Assembly (NCBI GenBank): GCA_963676565.1
Contig: OY781089.1
Location: forward strand, 1,568,001-1,632,000
DNA from: Halarcobacter sp.
GTDB taxonomy: Bacteria; Campylobacterota; Campylobacteria; Campylobacterales; Arcobacteraceae
Direction: 5' to 3'
DNA: 64,000 nt
The stretch's first letter is position 1; the number at the start of each line of letters is the position of its first letter. The notes beneath the pieces are model-generated. The model was not told the DNA's origin, did no database searches, and was given only the letters and a program-made list of their open reading frames with translations. Shown here piece by piece: positions 10,016 to 21,170 of this stretch. The translations under genes were made by a program, and so were the position numbers.

Positions 10016-10837
10016 CTAGAAGAAAAATGGGATACCAAGTTCATCAAATGTTTTCTTAGCATCAGTTAAATATTTATTTGCAAATGTATCAAATGTTCCA
10101 TCCTCTTTTGCCTTTTTGATAAAGGCATTTACCTCTTCTTTTAGTGGATCATTTTGTTTTAAAGCAACTCCCCAGTACTCAAAATCTTTTTGGAAAGATT
10201 GTAATAACGGAACTGTTGTATCCATGTTTTTTGCATAGTTTTTATAAATTGTTAATTGGTCATAAATAAATCCATCAGCTTTACCTTGAACAACTTCAAG
10301 AACACAAGCTGCTTCTTTATCAAAAACTAAAATTTCAGCATTTGGTAAATTGTCTTTTGCATAGATGTGTCCAGTTGAACCTTTTTTTACTGCAACTTTT
10401 TTACCTTCAACATTTAAATCATTTATTGAATTTATACCAGAGTTTTTATTTGCTAAAATTGCTAATGAAGATTGTGCATAAGGAATAGAAAAATCAATTG
10501 ATTTTTTTCTTTCTTCTGTAATTGTCATAGAAGAGATTATTAAATCAACTTTTCCAGTTTTTAGTGATGGAATAAGTCCATCCCAAGCAATATTTTCTAT
10601 TACAACTTCTCTACCTAGATATTTACCTAAAGCTTTAGCAAAGTCAACTGAAACTCCAGAAGGGTTTCCATCTTTATCACTCATCTCAAAAGGTGGATAA
10701 GCTAATTCCATACCAACTTTTAAAACCTTTTTTTGAGGTTCCGCTTGTGTTTTTACGTCCTCTTTCTTTTTTTCACCACATCCCACTAAAAAAAGTGCTA
10801 AAATAGATGATAATACTACTAATAATAACTTCTTCAT
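10016..10837 (-). CDS. Polar amino acid ABC transporter substrate-binding lipoprotein
   Basis: Lipobox LVGC, YPPFE, WDGLIPSLKTGKVD, MTITEERKKSIDFS. Confidence 0.93.
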   Translation of the reverse strand: MKKLLLVVLSSILALFLVGCGEKKKEDVKTQAEPQKKVLKVGMELAYPPFEMSDKDGNPSGVSVDFAKALGKYLGREVVIENIAWDGLIPSLKTGKVDLIISSMTITEERKKSIDFSIPYAQSSLAILANKNSGINSINDLNVEGKKVAVKKGSTGHIYAKDNLPNAEILVFDKEAACVLEVVQGKADGFIYDQLTIYKNYAKNMDTTVPLLQSFQKDFEYWGVALKQNDPLKEEVNAFIKKAKEDGTFDTFANKYLTDAKKTFDELGIPFFF

Positions 10838-10994
10838 AGATTTCCTTTATAAAAAATATAACATTATTATTCCATAATAAACTTACTGTAAAATTAGATA
10901 TAATTTTCATAAGTATAAAATTTATGTTATTTTTTGAATCTAGATTTAGTTAGAATTTGTAATAATTTTAAAATCCATAAGTAAAGAGTATATA

Positions 10995-11756
10995 TTGTTT
11001 CTAAAACTTTTAGAAAATACTGGAGATAAAACAATCCTATCTTTTAAAGAGGGTTTTAGTTTTATTTTCTTCATATTTGAGTCTATTTTAAATATTTTAA
11101 ACCCTTTTAGTTACAATAAAACTATGTTTAAAAATCTTATTTTGGAGATTTATGAAAGCAGTATAAGAAGATTTCTTTCTTTTCTTTTTTTAGCTGTAGT
11201 ATTAGGCTCTATTTTGATTTTGATTGCAATTATATTTGCAATGAAATTTAATTTGGTTGAACAAATTGGAGTTATACTAATCTCTTTTATAGTGAATGAA
11301 TTCTCCCCAATATTTACAACTTTATTTTTTATTATTGTTTATGGATTAAGTATACAAGAGAAAATAAAATTTGAGAATTTAGAAGATAAGAAAGATATTG
11401 CTAACTTGTATAATGCAAAACTTATAAATTGTATTTTTTTAGTACCCTTAATGTCCTTTTTATTTGCAACTTTGATGATTTTAAGTGCTTGTGTTGTTTC
11501 AATATTTTTTTTAGATTTAAATCTAGAAACATATAAAAATATGATTATAAACTCAATTACTTTAGAAAACATATTTATATTACTTATCAAATCTTCAATA
11601 TCAAGTTTTTTAACAATGCTAGTACCTATTTTTTATGCAAATAAATTAAGACAATACAACAAAAATATAAATGTTGCTTCTAGTTTAAAAATTTTTATTA
11701 TAATGTTAATAATACTTTTAAGTATTGAATTAGCATCAATTTTGATTGTCTATTAA
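10995..11756 (+). CDS. Divergent MlaE-like ABC permease
   Basis: Multi-TM protein with MlaE-like layout (NEFSPIFT, LIKSSISS) directly upstream of an MCE gene; canonical MlaE motifs are eroded. Confidence 0.6.
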   Translation: MFLKLLENTGDKTILSFKEGFSFIFFIFESILNILNPFSYNKTMFKNLILEIYESSIRRFLSFLFLAVVLGSILILIAIIFAMKFNLVEQIGVILISFIVNEFSPIFTTLFFIIVYGLSIQEKIKFENLEDKKDIANLYNAKLINCIFLVPLMSFLFATLMILSACVVSIFFLDLNLETYKNMIINSITLENIFILLIKSSISSFLTMLVPIFYANKLRQYNKNINVASSLKIFIIMLIILLSIELASILIVY

Positions 11757-11767
11757 GGTTAAAATCT

Positions 11768-12682
11768 ATGGAACACAATAAAACTAAAGTTAGAGTTGGA
11801 ATATTTGTATTTGTTTTATTTTTAAATTTTATTGCTGCAATTGTTTATATTGTTTTAGAAAAAGGTCTTTTAGAAAAAAAATATTCTTATACTTTCAATA
11901 CATATAGTGCAGAGTCTTTTTTCGTTGGGATGCCTATAAAAGTTTCTGGATTTACAATAGGAAAACTAGATTCAATTGAATTATTAGATAATGGAACTGT
12001 AGATTTTGTTTTTAGTGTTAATGAAAAAAATCAAAAATGGATTAGCCAAGGAAGTTTATTGATGCTAAAAAAACCACTATTAGGTTCTTCTCATATTATT
12101 CTTTATTCAGCTATTGGAAATTCAATTTTACAAGATGGTTCAAAACTTGAAGTTATTATAAGCAATGATATTGACGATTTAGTTTTAAAGTTAAATCCTG
12201 TTGTTACCAAATTAGAAAATATAGTAAATTCAGTTGACAAAATAACAACTTACTTAGCAAAAGATGATTCAGAGTTGATGAAGATTGTTAAAAATATAGA
12301 ACAATTTACTTCGCTTTTAATTGAAAATAAATCTTTACTAACAACAATAACAGGGAATGAAAAAGCAACAAATTCTTTAATAAATAGTATGGAAAAGTTA
12401 CCAAATTTAATGAATAATATCAATAAAATAAGTTCTAATGTTGATAATCAAATTCTTCCTGAAGTTACAAAATTTATAAAAGAATTGAGTGAAATTGCAA
12501 GGGATATTGAAAATAAATTAAAAAAACTTGATGGTGTTGTTAACTCTGTTGGTTCATATGATAAAGATTTATTACAAATAAAAGATGGAATTAAAACAGG
12601 GATATTAAAATCAAATGAGATTATTGAAAAAGTTGATAATCTTTTTCAAAGCAAAACAGATGAAAAGGTTATTTTACCATGA
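11768..12682 (+). CDS. MlaD/MCE family protein
   Basis: RVGIFV TM anchor, MCE domain (GMPIKVSGFTIGKLDSIEL, KPLLGS), helical C-terminal extension. Confidence 0.85.
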   Translation: MEHNKTKVRVGIFVFVLFLNFIAAIVYIVLEKGLLEKKYSYTFNTYSAESFFVGMPIKVSGFTIGKLDSIELLDNGTVDFVFSVNEKNQKWISQGSLLMLKKPLLGSSHIILYSAIGNSILQDGSKLEVIISNDIDDLVLKLNPVVTKLENIVNSVDKITTYLAKDDSELMKIVKNIEQFTSLLIENKSLLTTITGNEKATNSLINSMEKLPNLMNNINKISSNVDNQILPEVTKFIKELSEIARDIENKLKKLDGVVNSVGSYDKDLLQIKDGIKTGILKSNEIIEKVDNLFQSKTDEKVILP

Positions 12683-13332
12683 TGTTTAAAACTATTATTT
12701 TTTCTAGTATATTAATTGTCTTTGCTGGATGTTCTTTTAAAACTACACCAAACCAATGGGAATATGATAGTGCAAAGGCTTATAAATCTTATACAAAAAA
12801 CTTTTTGACAAATAAACAAACTCTTGCAAAAAGTGATTTAGAAAAAGCAATCAATTATGCAAAACAAAGTGCAGATCTAAATCAACTTGCAAAAATATAT
12901 TTAGGTAAGTGTGCATTAGATATTAGTGTTGGAGTAAATTCAACTTGTGAAGACTATCAAGATATTAGAAAATTAGTAGACAATAAAAAATTAGATATAT
13001 ATTTTTCATTGCTTCAAAAAAAACTTAAAAAAGAAGATTTAAATTTTTTACCAAAACAGTATGAAAAATTTTATCAATACTACTTAGATGAAAAGATTGT
13101 TAAATCATTTGATTATATGTTTAATGTTGAAAATATCACTTCTTTATTTATAGTTTCTAGTTTACATAAAGATAAATTATCTAAAATACAAATTAACAAA
13201 CTTATCGATAAAGCCTCATTTTATGGTTACAAAAGAGTTGTTCTTTATTGGCTAAATAATTTATATGAAAAAGAAGAAAATAAAATAAAAAAAGATTTGA
13301 TTTTAGAAAAAATAAATATCTTAAAATCTTAA
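12679..13332 (+). CDS. Hypothetical lipoprotein (helical)
   Basis: Lipobox FAGC; start overlaps the MCE gene stop (ATGA). Confidence 0.75.
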   Translation: MMFKTIIFSSILIVFAGCSFKTTPNQWEYDSAKAYKSYTKNFLTNKQTLAKSDLEKAINYAKQSADLNQLAKIYLGKCALDISVGVNSTCEDYQDIRKLVDNKKLDIYFSLLQKKLKKEDLNFLPKQYEKFYQYYLDEKIVKSFDYMFNVENITSLFIVSSLHKDKLSKIQINKLIDKASFYGYKRVVLYWLNNLYEKEENKIKKDLILEKINILKS

Positions 13333-13349
13333 AAAAAGCTAATTTATTT

Positions 13350-14662
<1,313 letters not shown>

Positions 14663-14686
14663 GAAAAAAAGATAAGGAAATAAAAA

Positions 14687-15667
14687 ATGGCTAAAAATGA
14701 TTTAATTACCGGTTCAATTTGGGATGAATACTCAAATCAAGTTATTAGAAGAATGGATGACCCAACTCATCAAGGTGAAATTACTGAAGAGCAAGCAAAA
14801 GAGATGGGTGGAAAACTAATTGTTGCTGATTTTGGTGCAGAATCATGTGGAGATGCAGTAAGACTTTACTGGTGTGTAAACCCAGAAACTGATGTGATTT
14901 TAGATTCAAAATTTAAATCTTTTGGTTGTGGTACAGCTATTGCTTCATCTGATGCTATGGCAGAACTTTGTGTTGGAAAAAAAGTTCAAGATGCAGTAAA
15001 GATTACAAATATTGATGTTGAAAAAGCGCTTAGAGATCATCCAGATGTTCCTGCAGTTCCACCACAAAAAATGCACTGCTCAGTTATGGCATATGATGTA
15101 ATTAAAAAAGCAGCTGGAACTTATCTTAATGTTGATATGGAATCTTTCGAAGAAGAGCAAATCATCTGTGAATGTGCAAGGGTAACATTAGGTACTTTAC
15201 AAGAAGTTATTAGAATCAATGACCTTAAAACAGTTGAACAAATTACAGATTTTACAAAAGCTGGAGCATTTTGTAAATCATGTATTAAACCAGGTGGACA
15301 CGAAGAAAAAGATATCTATTTAGTTGATATTTTATCTGATGTTAGGGCACAAATGGAACAAGAAAAATTAAAAGCAGCTGCTGATACAACTGAATCAGGT
15401 GAAAACTCATTTGATAAAATGACTATTGTTCAAAGAATTAAAGTTATTGATACGGTTTTAGATACTGATATTAGACCAATGCTTATGATGGATGGTGGTA
15501 ATATGGAGATTATTGATATTAAAGATAATATGCCTCACTACGATTTATATATTAGATATTTAGGTGCATGTAATGGTTGTGCATCAGGAGATACTGGAAC
15601 ATTATACGCTATTGAATCAGTACTTAAACAAAAAGTTGATGAGAATATTAGAGTATTACCAATTTAA
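14687..15667 (+). CDS. nifU: NifU Fe-S scaffold (IscU + [2Fe-2S] + Nfu domains)
   Basis: SCGDA, FGCGTAIAS, KMHCSVM; CECA..CKSC; DGGN..GACNGC. Confidence 0.95.
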   Translation: MAKNDLITGSIWDEYSNQVIRRMDDPTHQGEITEEQAKEMGGKLIVADFGAESCGDAVRLYWCVNPETDVILDSKFKSFGCGTAIASSDAMAELCVGKKVQDAVKITNIDVEKALRDHPDVPAVPPQKMHCSVMAYDVIKKAAGTYLNVDMESFEEEQIICECARVTLGTLQEVIRINDLKTVEQITDFTKAGAFCKSCIKPGGHEEKDIYLVDILSDVRAQMEQEKLKAAADTTESGENSFDKMTIVQRIKVIDTVLDTDIRPMLMMDGGNMEIIDIKDNMPHYDLYIRYLGACNGCASGDTGTLYAIESVLKQKVDENIRVLPI

Positions 15668-15704
15668 TAATTTTTTCCTTAAAATTATAATCTAAATAAC
15701 TTTT

Positions 15705-15732
15705 AGCCCAAGCCCTAAAACTTGGGCTTTTT
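15705..15732 (+). terminator. Intrinsic terminator after nifU
   Basis: AGCCCAAG-ccctaaaa-CTTGGGCT followed by TTTT. Confidence 0.8.
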
Positions 15733-15852
15733 AGATTTTAAACTTAATTATTTTTAAGAATTGTCTCTCAAGTAACTCATTAACAAAAAAACAAAATATT
15801 TCCTAAAGCTTTAAAAGTGTACTATTTAAAAATAATTTTTTAGGAGAAAAGT

Positions 15853-17430
15853 ATGTTTGGTTTTGGCAAAAACGAAGAAGAGGCAGCACGATTAAGTGCA
15901 ATGGAAGAAAATTATGCAATTATTTCTTTTAAACCTGATGGAACAATTATCCACGCAAATAATAACTTTCTAAATGCTTTAGGTTACAGCTTATCAGAGG
16001 TAGTTGGAAAAAAACATAGAATATTTTGTGAGAGTAGTTATGTAAATTCAGCAGAATATGAAAAGTTTTGGAAAGATTTAAATAGTGGAAAATCAAATAT
16101 TGATGAATTTGAAAGAATTAGAAAAGATGGAACTTCTGTTTGGATTCAAGCTTCATATACTCCTGTTAAAGATAAAAGTGGAAAAGTTACAAGGGTTGTT
16201 AAATTTGCTCAAGATATAACTTCTTCTAAAATGGTAATTGATGCTGTTAATAAAGCAATTGATTTGGCAAAAACAGGAATTTTTAAACAACAAATAAAAG
16301 AAACAACAGATAATGAAGGTGTAGAAGAACTTAAAAATGGCGTTAATGATTTATTTGAAATTGTATCATCAAAAGTTGATGGTGATTTAAATAAAGTAAC
16401 TTTTGCATTATCACGTTATCAAAGCTTAGATTTTACCCATAAAATCCCTGGAAATGATATTGGTGAGACAGCAAAAGGTTTAAATTCTTTAGCTGAAGTT
16501 ATTACGAAAATGCTTCTTGAAAATAAAATAAATGGTTTAACCTTAGATGAAAGTTCAAATATTTTACTTAAAAATGTAGATTCATTAAATATTAATTCAA
16601 ATGAAGCAGCAGCCTCTTTAGAAGAAACCGCAGCAGCTTTAGAAGAAATCACTAGTAATATCTCATCAAATACAAATAATATTGTACATATGGCAGGATT
16701 TGCTAATCAAGTTACTGCCTCAGCTACTGAAGGTAAAAATTTAGCACAACAAACAACTACTGCCATGACAGAAATTGATGATGAGGTTAATGCAATTAAC
16801 GAAGCAATTACAGTAATTGACCAAATTGCTTTCCAAACAAATATTCTTTCACTAAATGCAGCAGTTGAAGCAGCAACAGCAGGAGAAGCTGGAAAAGGAT
16901 TTGCGGTTGTAGCACAAGAAGTAAGAAACCTTGCAAGTAGAAGTGCAGAAGCAGCAAAAGAGATTAAAAACTTAGTTGAAAATGCAACAAATAAAGCTAA
17001 TAATGGTAAATTAATTTCAGATAAAATGATTCAAGGTTACAATGAATTAAGTGACAATATTGCAAAAACAATTGAATTGATTTCTGATATTGAAGGTGCT
17101 TCAAAAGAGCAGTTATCTGGAATTGAACAAATAAATGATGCAATTAATAGTCTTGATCAACAAACTCAATTAAATGCATCGATTGCAAATGAAGCCCACG
17201 ATGTAGCAGTTCAAACTGATGAGATTGCTAAATTAATTGTAAGAAATGCAGATGAAAAACAATTTGATGGTAAAGAGAGTGCAAAAGCAAAAACAATAAA
17301 TAGAAAATCTTCTGCAGCAGTTCAAAGCTCTAAACAAGTTAATCAATCAAAACCCCTTAATCAAACTCAATCTAAACCTAATAAAATAGTGAGTAATCAA
17401 CCAGATACAGATGAATGGGAAAGCTTTTAA
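15853..17430 (+). CDS. Cytoplasmic PAS-domain methyl-accepting chemotaxis protein
   Basis: PAS ([20 protein letters not shown]), MCP hairpin [35 protein letters not shown]-terminal EWESF; no TM segments. Confidence 0.93.
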   Translation: MFGFGKNEEEAARLSAMEENYAIISFKPDGTIIHANNNFLNALGYSLSEVVGKKHRIFCESSYVNSAEYEKFWKDLNSGKSNIDEFERIRKDGTSVWIQASYTPVKDKSGKVTRVVKFAQDITSSKMVIDAVNKAIDLAKTGIFKQQIKETTDNEGVEELKNGVNDLFEIVSSKVDGDLNKVTFALSRYQSLDFTHKIPGNDIGETAKGLNSLAEVITKMLLENKINGLTLDESSNILLKNVDSLNINSNEAAASLEETAAALEEITSNISSNTNNIVHMAGFANQVTASATEGKNLAQQTTTAMTEIDDEVNAINEAITVIDQIAFQTNILSLNAAVEAATAGEAGKGFAVVAQEVRNLASRSAEAAKEIKNLVENATNKANNGKLISDKMIQGYNELSDNIAKTIELISDIEGASKEQLSGIEQINDAINSLDQQTQLNASIANEAHDVAVQTDEIAKLIVRNADEKQFDGKESAKAKTINRKSSAAVQSSKQVNQSKPLNQTQSKPNKIVSNQPDTDEWESF

Positions 17431-17453
17431 AACAAAATATAATCTACTAAAAC

Positions 17454-17487
17454 TTGCGTATTATATAGCTTCTGATATAATACGCAA
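17454..17487. promoter_or_regulatory. Perfect 13-bp inverted repeat overlapping the probable argH promoter (terminator and/or operator)
   Basis: TTGCGTATTATAT-agcttctg-ATATAATACGCAA; contains TTGCGT and TGaTATAAT. Confidence 0.55.
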
Positions 17488-17531
17488 AATCTATTTTTAT
17501 AATACTACATTTACAAATTTAAGGACAATAT

Positions 17532-18914
17532 ATGTCAAATGACCAAATATTAAAAAATACAAATGCACAAATATTAGATGAGTTTAATGCTTCAATTATG
17601 TTTGATAAAGAGTTATATGCTCAAGATATTAAAGGTTCAATTGCGCACTCACAAATGTTATGTGAACAAGGGGTTCTTTCAAAGGATGAACAAGAAGCTA
17701 TTGAAACAGGACTTTTACAAGTAAAAGAAGAGATTGAATCGGGTAAATTTGAATTTACTCTTGAAACTGAAGATATCCATATGGCAGTTGAAAGTAGACT
17801 TACTGAAATAATTGGAGAACCAGGAAAAAAGCTTCATACAGCAAGAAGTAGAAATGATCAAGTTGCAACTGATTTTAGATTATATGTTCAAGAGAAAAGT
17901 TTGAGTATTAAATCACAACTAAAAGAGTTAATAAAAGTATTTGTCGAAGTTGCTAATAAACATACTACAACATTGATTCCAGGTATGACACATTTACAAC
18001 ATGCACAACCTTTAAATTTTGGATATCATCTATTAGCTTATGCAAATATGTTTAAGAGAGATTATGAAAGATTTGAAAGTTCATATGAAAGAAATAATTA
18101 TTCACCTTTAGGAAGTGCAGCATTAGCTGGAACTCCACATAATATAAATAGAGAATCAACATCACAAAAATTAGGTTTTAACTCTCCTACAACACATGCT
18201 ATGGATACAGTTTCAGATAGAGACTTCGCCTTAGAAATTTTATTTAATATAAGTACTTCTATGATGCATATAAGTAGAATTTCTGAAGAGTTAGTAACAT
18301 GGTCATCATATGAGTTCCAATTTGTAAGAATGAGTGATGAGTATGCTACAACAAGCTCAATAATGCCACAAAAGAAAAACCCTGATGTACCAGAATTACT
18401 TAGGGGAAAAACAGGAAGAGTCTATGGAAATTTAATTTCACTTCTTACTGTAATGAAAGGTTTACCATTAGCTTATAACAAAGATACTCAAGAAGATAAA
18501 GAGGGTGTTTTTGATTCAGTTAAAACAATTGAAATCTCACTTTCAATTTTAACAGAAGTTATTAGAACTATGATTGTAAATGTAGATAAAATGGAAAATG
18601 CTTGTAAAATAGGGCATTTAACAGCAACAGATTTAGCAGACTTTTTAGTGCAAAAACAAAATATGCCATTTAGAACAGCTTATTATATTACAAAAGATGT
18701 AGTTACAAAAGCAAACTCTTTAAATAAAGATATAAGTGAGCTTACAATAGATGAGATTAGAAGTGCAAATGAAGAATTAAAAGATGTAAGCGATGAACTT
18801 GTAATGTATCTAGATTTAAGAAACTCAATGAATGCAAGAAACTCTTTTGGAGGGACATCAACACTTCAAACTGTTGAGCAAATTAAAGTTTTTGAAGAAT
18901 GGTTAAATAACTAA
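17532..18914 (+). CDS. argH: Argininosuccinate lyase
   Basis: [33 protein letters not shown]. Confidence 0.97.
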   Translation: MSNDQILKNTNAQILDEFNASIMFDKELYAQDIKGSIAHSQMLCEQGVLSKDEQEAIETGLLQVKEEIESGKFEFTLETEDIHMAVESRLTEIIGEPGKKLHTARSRNDQVATDFRLYVQEKSLSIKSQLKELIKVFVEVANKHTTTLIPGMTHLQHAQPLNFGYHLLAYANMFKRDYERFESSYERNNYSPLGSAALAGTPHNINRESTSQKLGFNSPTTHAMDTVSDRDFALEILFNISTSMMHISRISEELVTWSSYEFQFVRMSDEYATTSSIMPQKKNPDVPELLRGKTGRVYGNLISLLTVMKGLPLAYNKDTQEDKEGVFDSVKTIEISLSILTEVIRTMIVNVDKMENACKIGHLTATDLADFLVQKQNMPFRTAYYITKDVVTKANSLNKDISELTIDEIRSANEELKDVSDELVMYLDLRNSMNARNSFGGTSTLQTVEQIKVFEEWLNN

Positions 18915-18933
18915 GAAATTTTAAAAAAAGAGG

Positions 18934-18970
18934 ATAAAAATAGATGAAATCTCATCTATTTTTATTTTTT
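18934..18970. terminator. Bidirectional terminator between argH and cheV
   Basis: ATAAAAATAGATGA-aatc-TCATCTATTTTTAT with flanking A/T runs, between convergent genes. Confidence 0.75.
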
Positions 18971-18971
18971 A

Positions 18972-19871
18972 TTATAAGAATTGCTTTGCAGCTGCATAAA
19001 GTGCTTGGATATCAGTCTTTCCAATAAATCCATCAACACCAATTTGATTCATCTTATTTCTTACCGCATCAGTTGTCATAGATGAATTAACTACAACAGG
19101 AATATGTGCATATTTATTACTTGATTTAATAAATGATGCAACTTGGAAACCATCAGTTTCTGGCATCTCTATATCTGTAATAACTAAGGCAATATTATCA
19201 CCTCCAACCTCTTCAACTCTTTGAATTAATTGGGCTCCATTTACATACATTTCGAAATTTATATTTGCTTTTTTGAAAAATTTAGTTAATACTTCTCTAG
19301 CAACACCTGAATCTTCTGCTGCTAAAACTAGTTTATCTGTTTTAAAAGGAGTATCAACATATTTATTTAATGTATCTTCTCCATCATCTACCCAACCTAA
19401 GTCTTTAAGTAGTTGTTCTGCATTGAATACTGTACATAGTTCATCTTTATCATGAACTTTTACATAAGTTGTATATGTTATCTTTGCATTTGTTTCTTCT
19501 GAATGTCTTAATTCGTCTGTTGTTTTTTCAACGATATCTAACATGTCTTTGATTAAAAAACCTACTTTTTTATGGTTGAATTCGCAATAAATAATTAGTT
19601 TATACTCTTTTGTATCTAAATGTGGTAATCCAAGCCATGCATCTAAATTAATAAGTGTTACAGGTTCTCCTCTAATAGTTGCAATTCCTGCGATTACAGC
19701 TGTATCCTTTGGAGTATCGTTAATAGTACACTCTTCTGTGATAATAAAAGCTTTTACTTTTGCAATGTTAATTGCATAAATATTGTTGTGTCCAGTGTAA
19801 AAAACAGCTAATTGCTGTACATTTCTCAAGTGACCTTGAGTCATTTGCTCAACACTATTAATACCGTTCAT
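18972..19871 (-). CDS. cheV: Chemotaxis protein CheV (CheW + receiver)
   Basis: YAINIAKV, IRGEPVTLINL (CheW domain); AEDS, TDIEMPETDG (receiver). Confidence 0.9.
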   Translation of the reverse strand: MNGINSVEQMTQGHLRNVQQLAVFYTGHNNIYAINIAKVKAFIITEECTINDTPKDTAVIAGIATIRGEPVTLINLDAWLGLPHLDTKEYKLIIYCEFNHKKVGFLIKDMLDIVEKTTDELRHSEETNAKITYTTYVKVHDKDELCTVFNAEQLLKDLGWVDDGEDTLNKYVDTPFKTDKLVLAAEDSGVAREVLTKFFKKANINFEMYVNGAQLIQRVEEVGGDNIALVITDIEMPETDGFQVASFIKSSNKYAHIPVVVNSSMTTDAVRNKMNQIGVDGFIGKTDIQALYAAAKQFL

Positions 19872-19941
19872 GAAGACCCTTTTTTTGGTTTTGTATAAAT
19901 TATAATGCTTTTTTTCTTATACTTAACTTTAAAAAATTATT

Positions 19942-20592
19942 TTATTTGTTTTTGTTAATAATCTTTCTTATTGTAACAGATGCCATCATAAAACCAAAAG
20001 AACCAGTTACTGCTTCAAAACTTCCTTTTTCTAGGCAGTTAGGGTCTTCACTTGAAAAGACAACCTTGAACTTTCTTTTAAAACCTTGTTTTTTTAATTC
20101 ATATCTTATTTTTTTAATAAAAGGATCATTGTATGTATCCCAAATAGATTTATATTCAATTTTACTTGGATCTATTCTTTTTGCACTACCACTTGTACTA
20201 ATAACTTTTGTGTAAAACTTCTTAATTAAATGTACCTTTGGTTTTACATCATCAATGGCATCTAAGATATAATCATATTGTGAAAAATCAAAATCATCAA
20301 TCCATTCTGGAGTGATTTTTGCATGTATTGCTGTAATTTTTGGGTATTTTTCTTTTAGTGATTCAACTTTAATTCTTCCAATATTTCCATGACTTCCAAG
20401 TTGTCTATTCATATTTGATTCTTCATATGTGTCAAAATCAACAATTGTAATATCAGTAACTCCTGTATTGTATAGTGAATCTAAAGCAAAGCTTCCAACT
20501 CCACCTACACCTAATAAAATCAATTTTGTATTTTGAAATTTTTTGAAATTTTCTTCCCCAAATAGTTTGAGGGTTCTATCATATTGCTGCAT
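19942..20592 (-). CDS. tcdA: tRNA threonylcarbamoyladenosine dehydratase (ThiF/E1-like)
   Basis: GVGGVGS, DFDTYEESNMNRQ, DAID, DPFIKKIR, VVFSSE. Confidence 0.85.
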   Translation of the reverse strand: MQQYDRTLKLFGEENFKKFQNTKLILLGVGGVGSFALDSLYNTGVTDITIVDFDTYEESNMNRQLGSHGNIGRIKVESLKEKYPKITAIHAKITPEWIDDFDFSQYDYILDAIDDVKPKVHLIKKFYTKVISTSGSAKRIDPSKIEYKSIWDTYNDPFIKKIRYELKKQGFKRKFKVVFSSEDPNCLEKGSFEAVTGSFGFMMASVTIRKIINKNK

Positions 20593-20684
20593 ATCTACTC
20601 TTTTATAATTTTTATTATGTTATTTATTAAAATTTCGGTATTATACCCAATTAATCGAAATAAATTATTATATAGGAGGCGTTC

Positions 20685-21170
20685 ATGGATAAAGAACCAA
20701 TGACGCGAGTTGGATATGAAAAAATTACTTCAGAATTAGAGTTTTTAAAAAATACTGAAAGACCTGAAACTGTAATTGCTTTAGATGAAGCAAGACAATT
20801 GGGAGATTTAAAAGAGAACGCTGAATACCATGCCGCAAAAGATAAACTTGCATTAATTGATGCACAAATTGCAGAACTTGGAGCAATTATAAGTAAAGCT
20901 GTAATTATTGACCCAGAAAGTTTACCCCATGATAGAGTAAGTTTTGGTTCAACGGTTGAGCTTGTAGATGTTGATACAGATGAAGAGTTTAAATATGCAA
21001 TTGTTGGAGGCGTTGAATCAAATGCTGATAATGGTTTAATCTCATTTAATTCGCCACTAGCAAAACAACTTTTAGGAAAACAAGAAGGTGATGAAGTTGA
21101 GGCAACTTTACCTGGAGGTAAAAAAACTTATGAAATCTTAAATGTATGTTATAAGGAGCTTAATTTATAA
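20685..21170 (+). CDS. greA: Transcription elongation factor GreA
   Basis: GDLKENAEYHAAK, ISFNSPLAKQLLGK. Confidence 0.97.
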   Translation: MDKEPMTRVGYEKITSELEFLKNTERPETVIALDEARQLGDLKENAEYHAAKDKLALIDAQIAELGAIISKAVIIDPESLPHDRVSFGSTVELVDVDTDEEFKYAIVGGVESNADNGLISFNSPLAKQLLGKQEGDEVEATLPGGKKTYEILNVCYKELNL

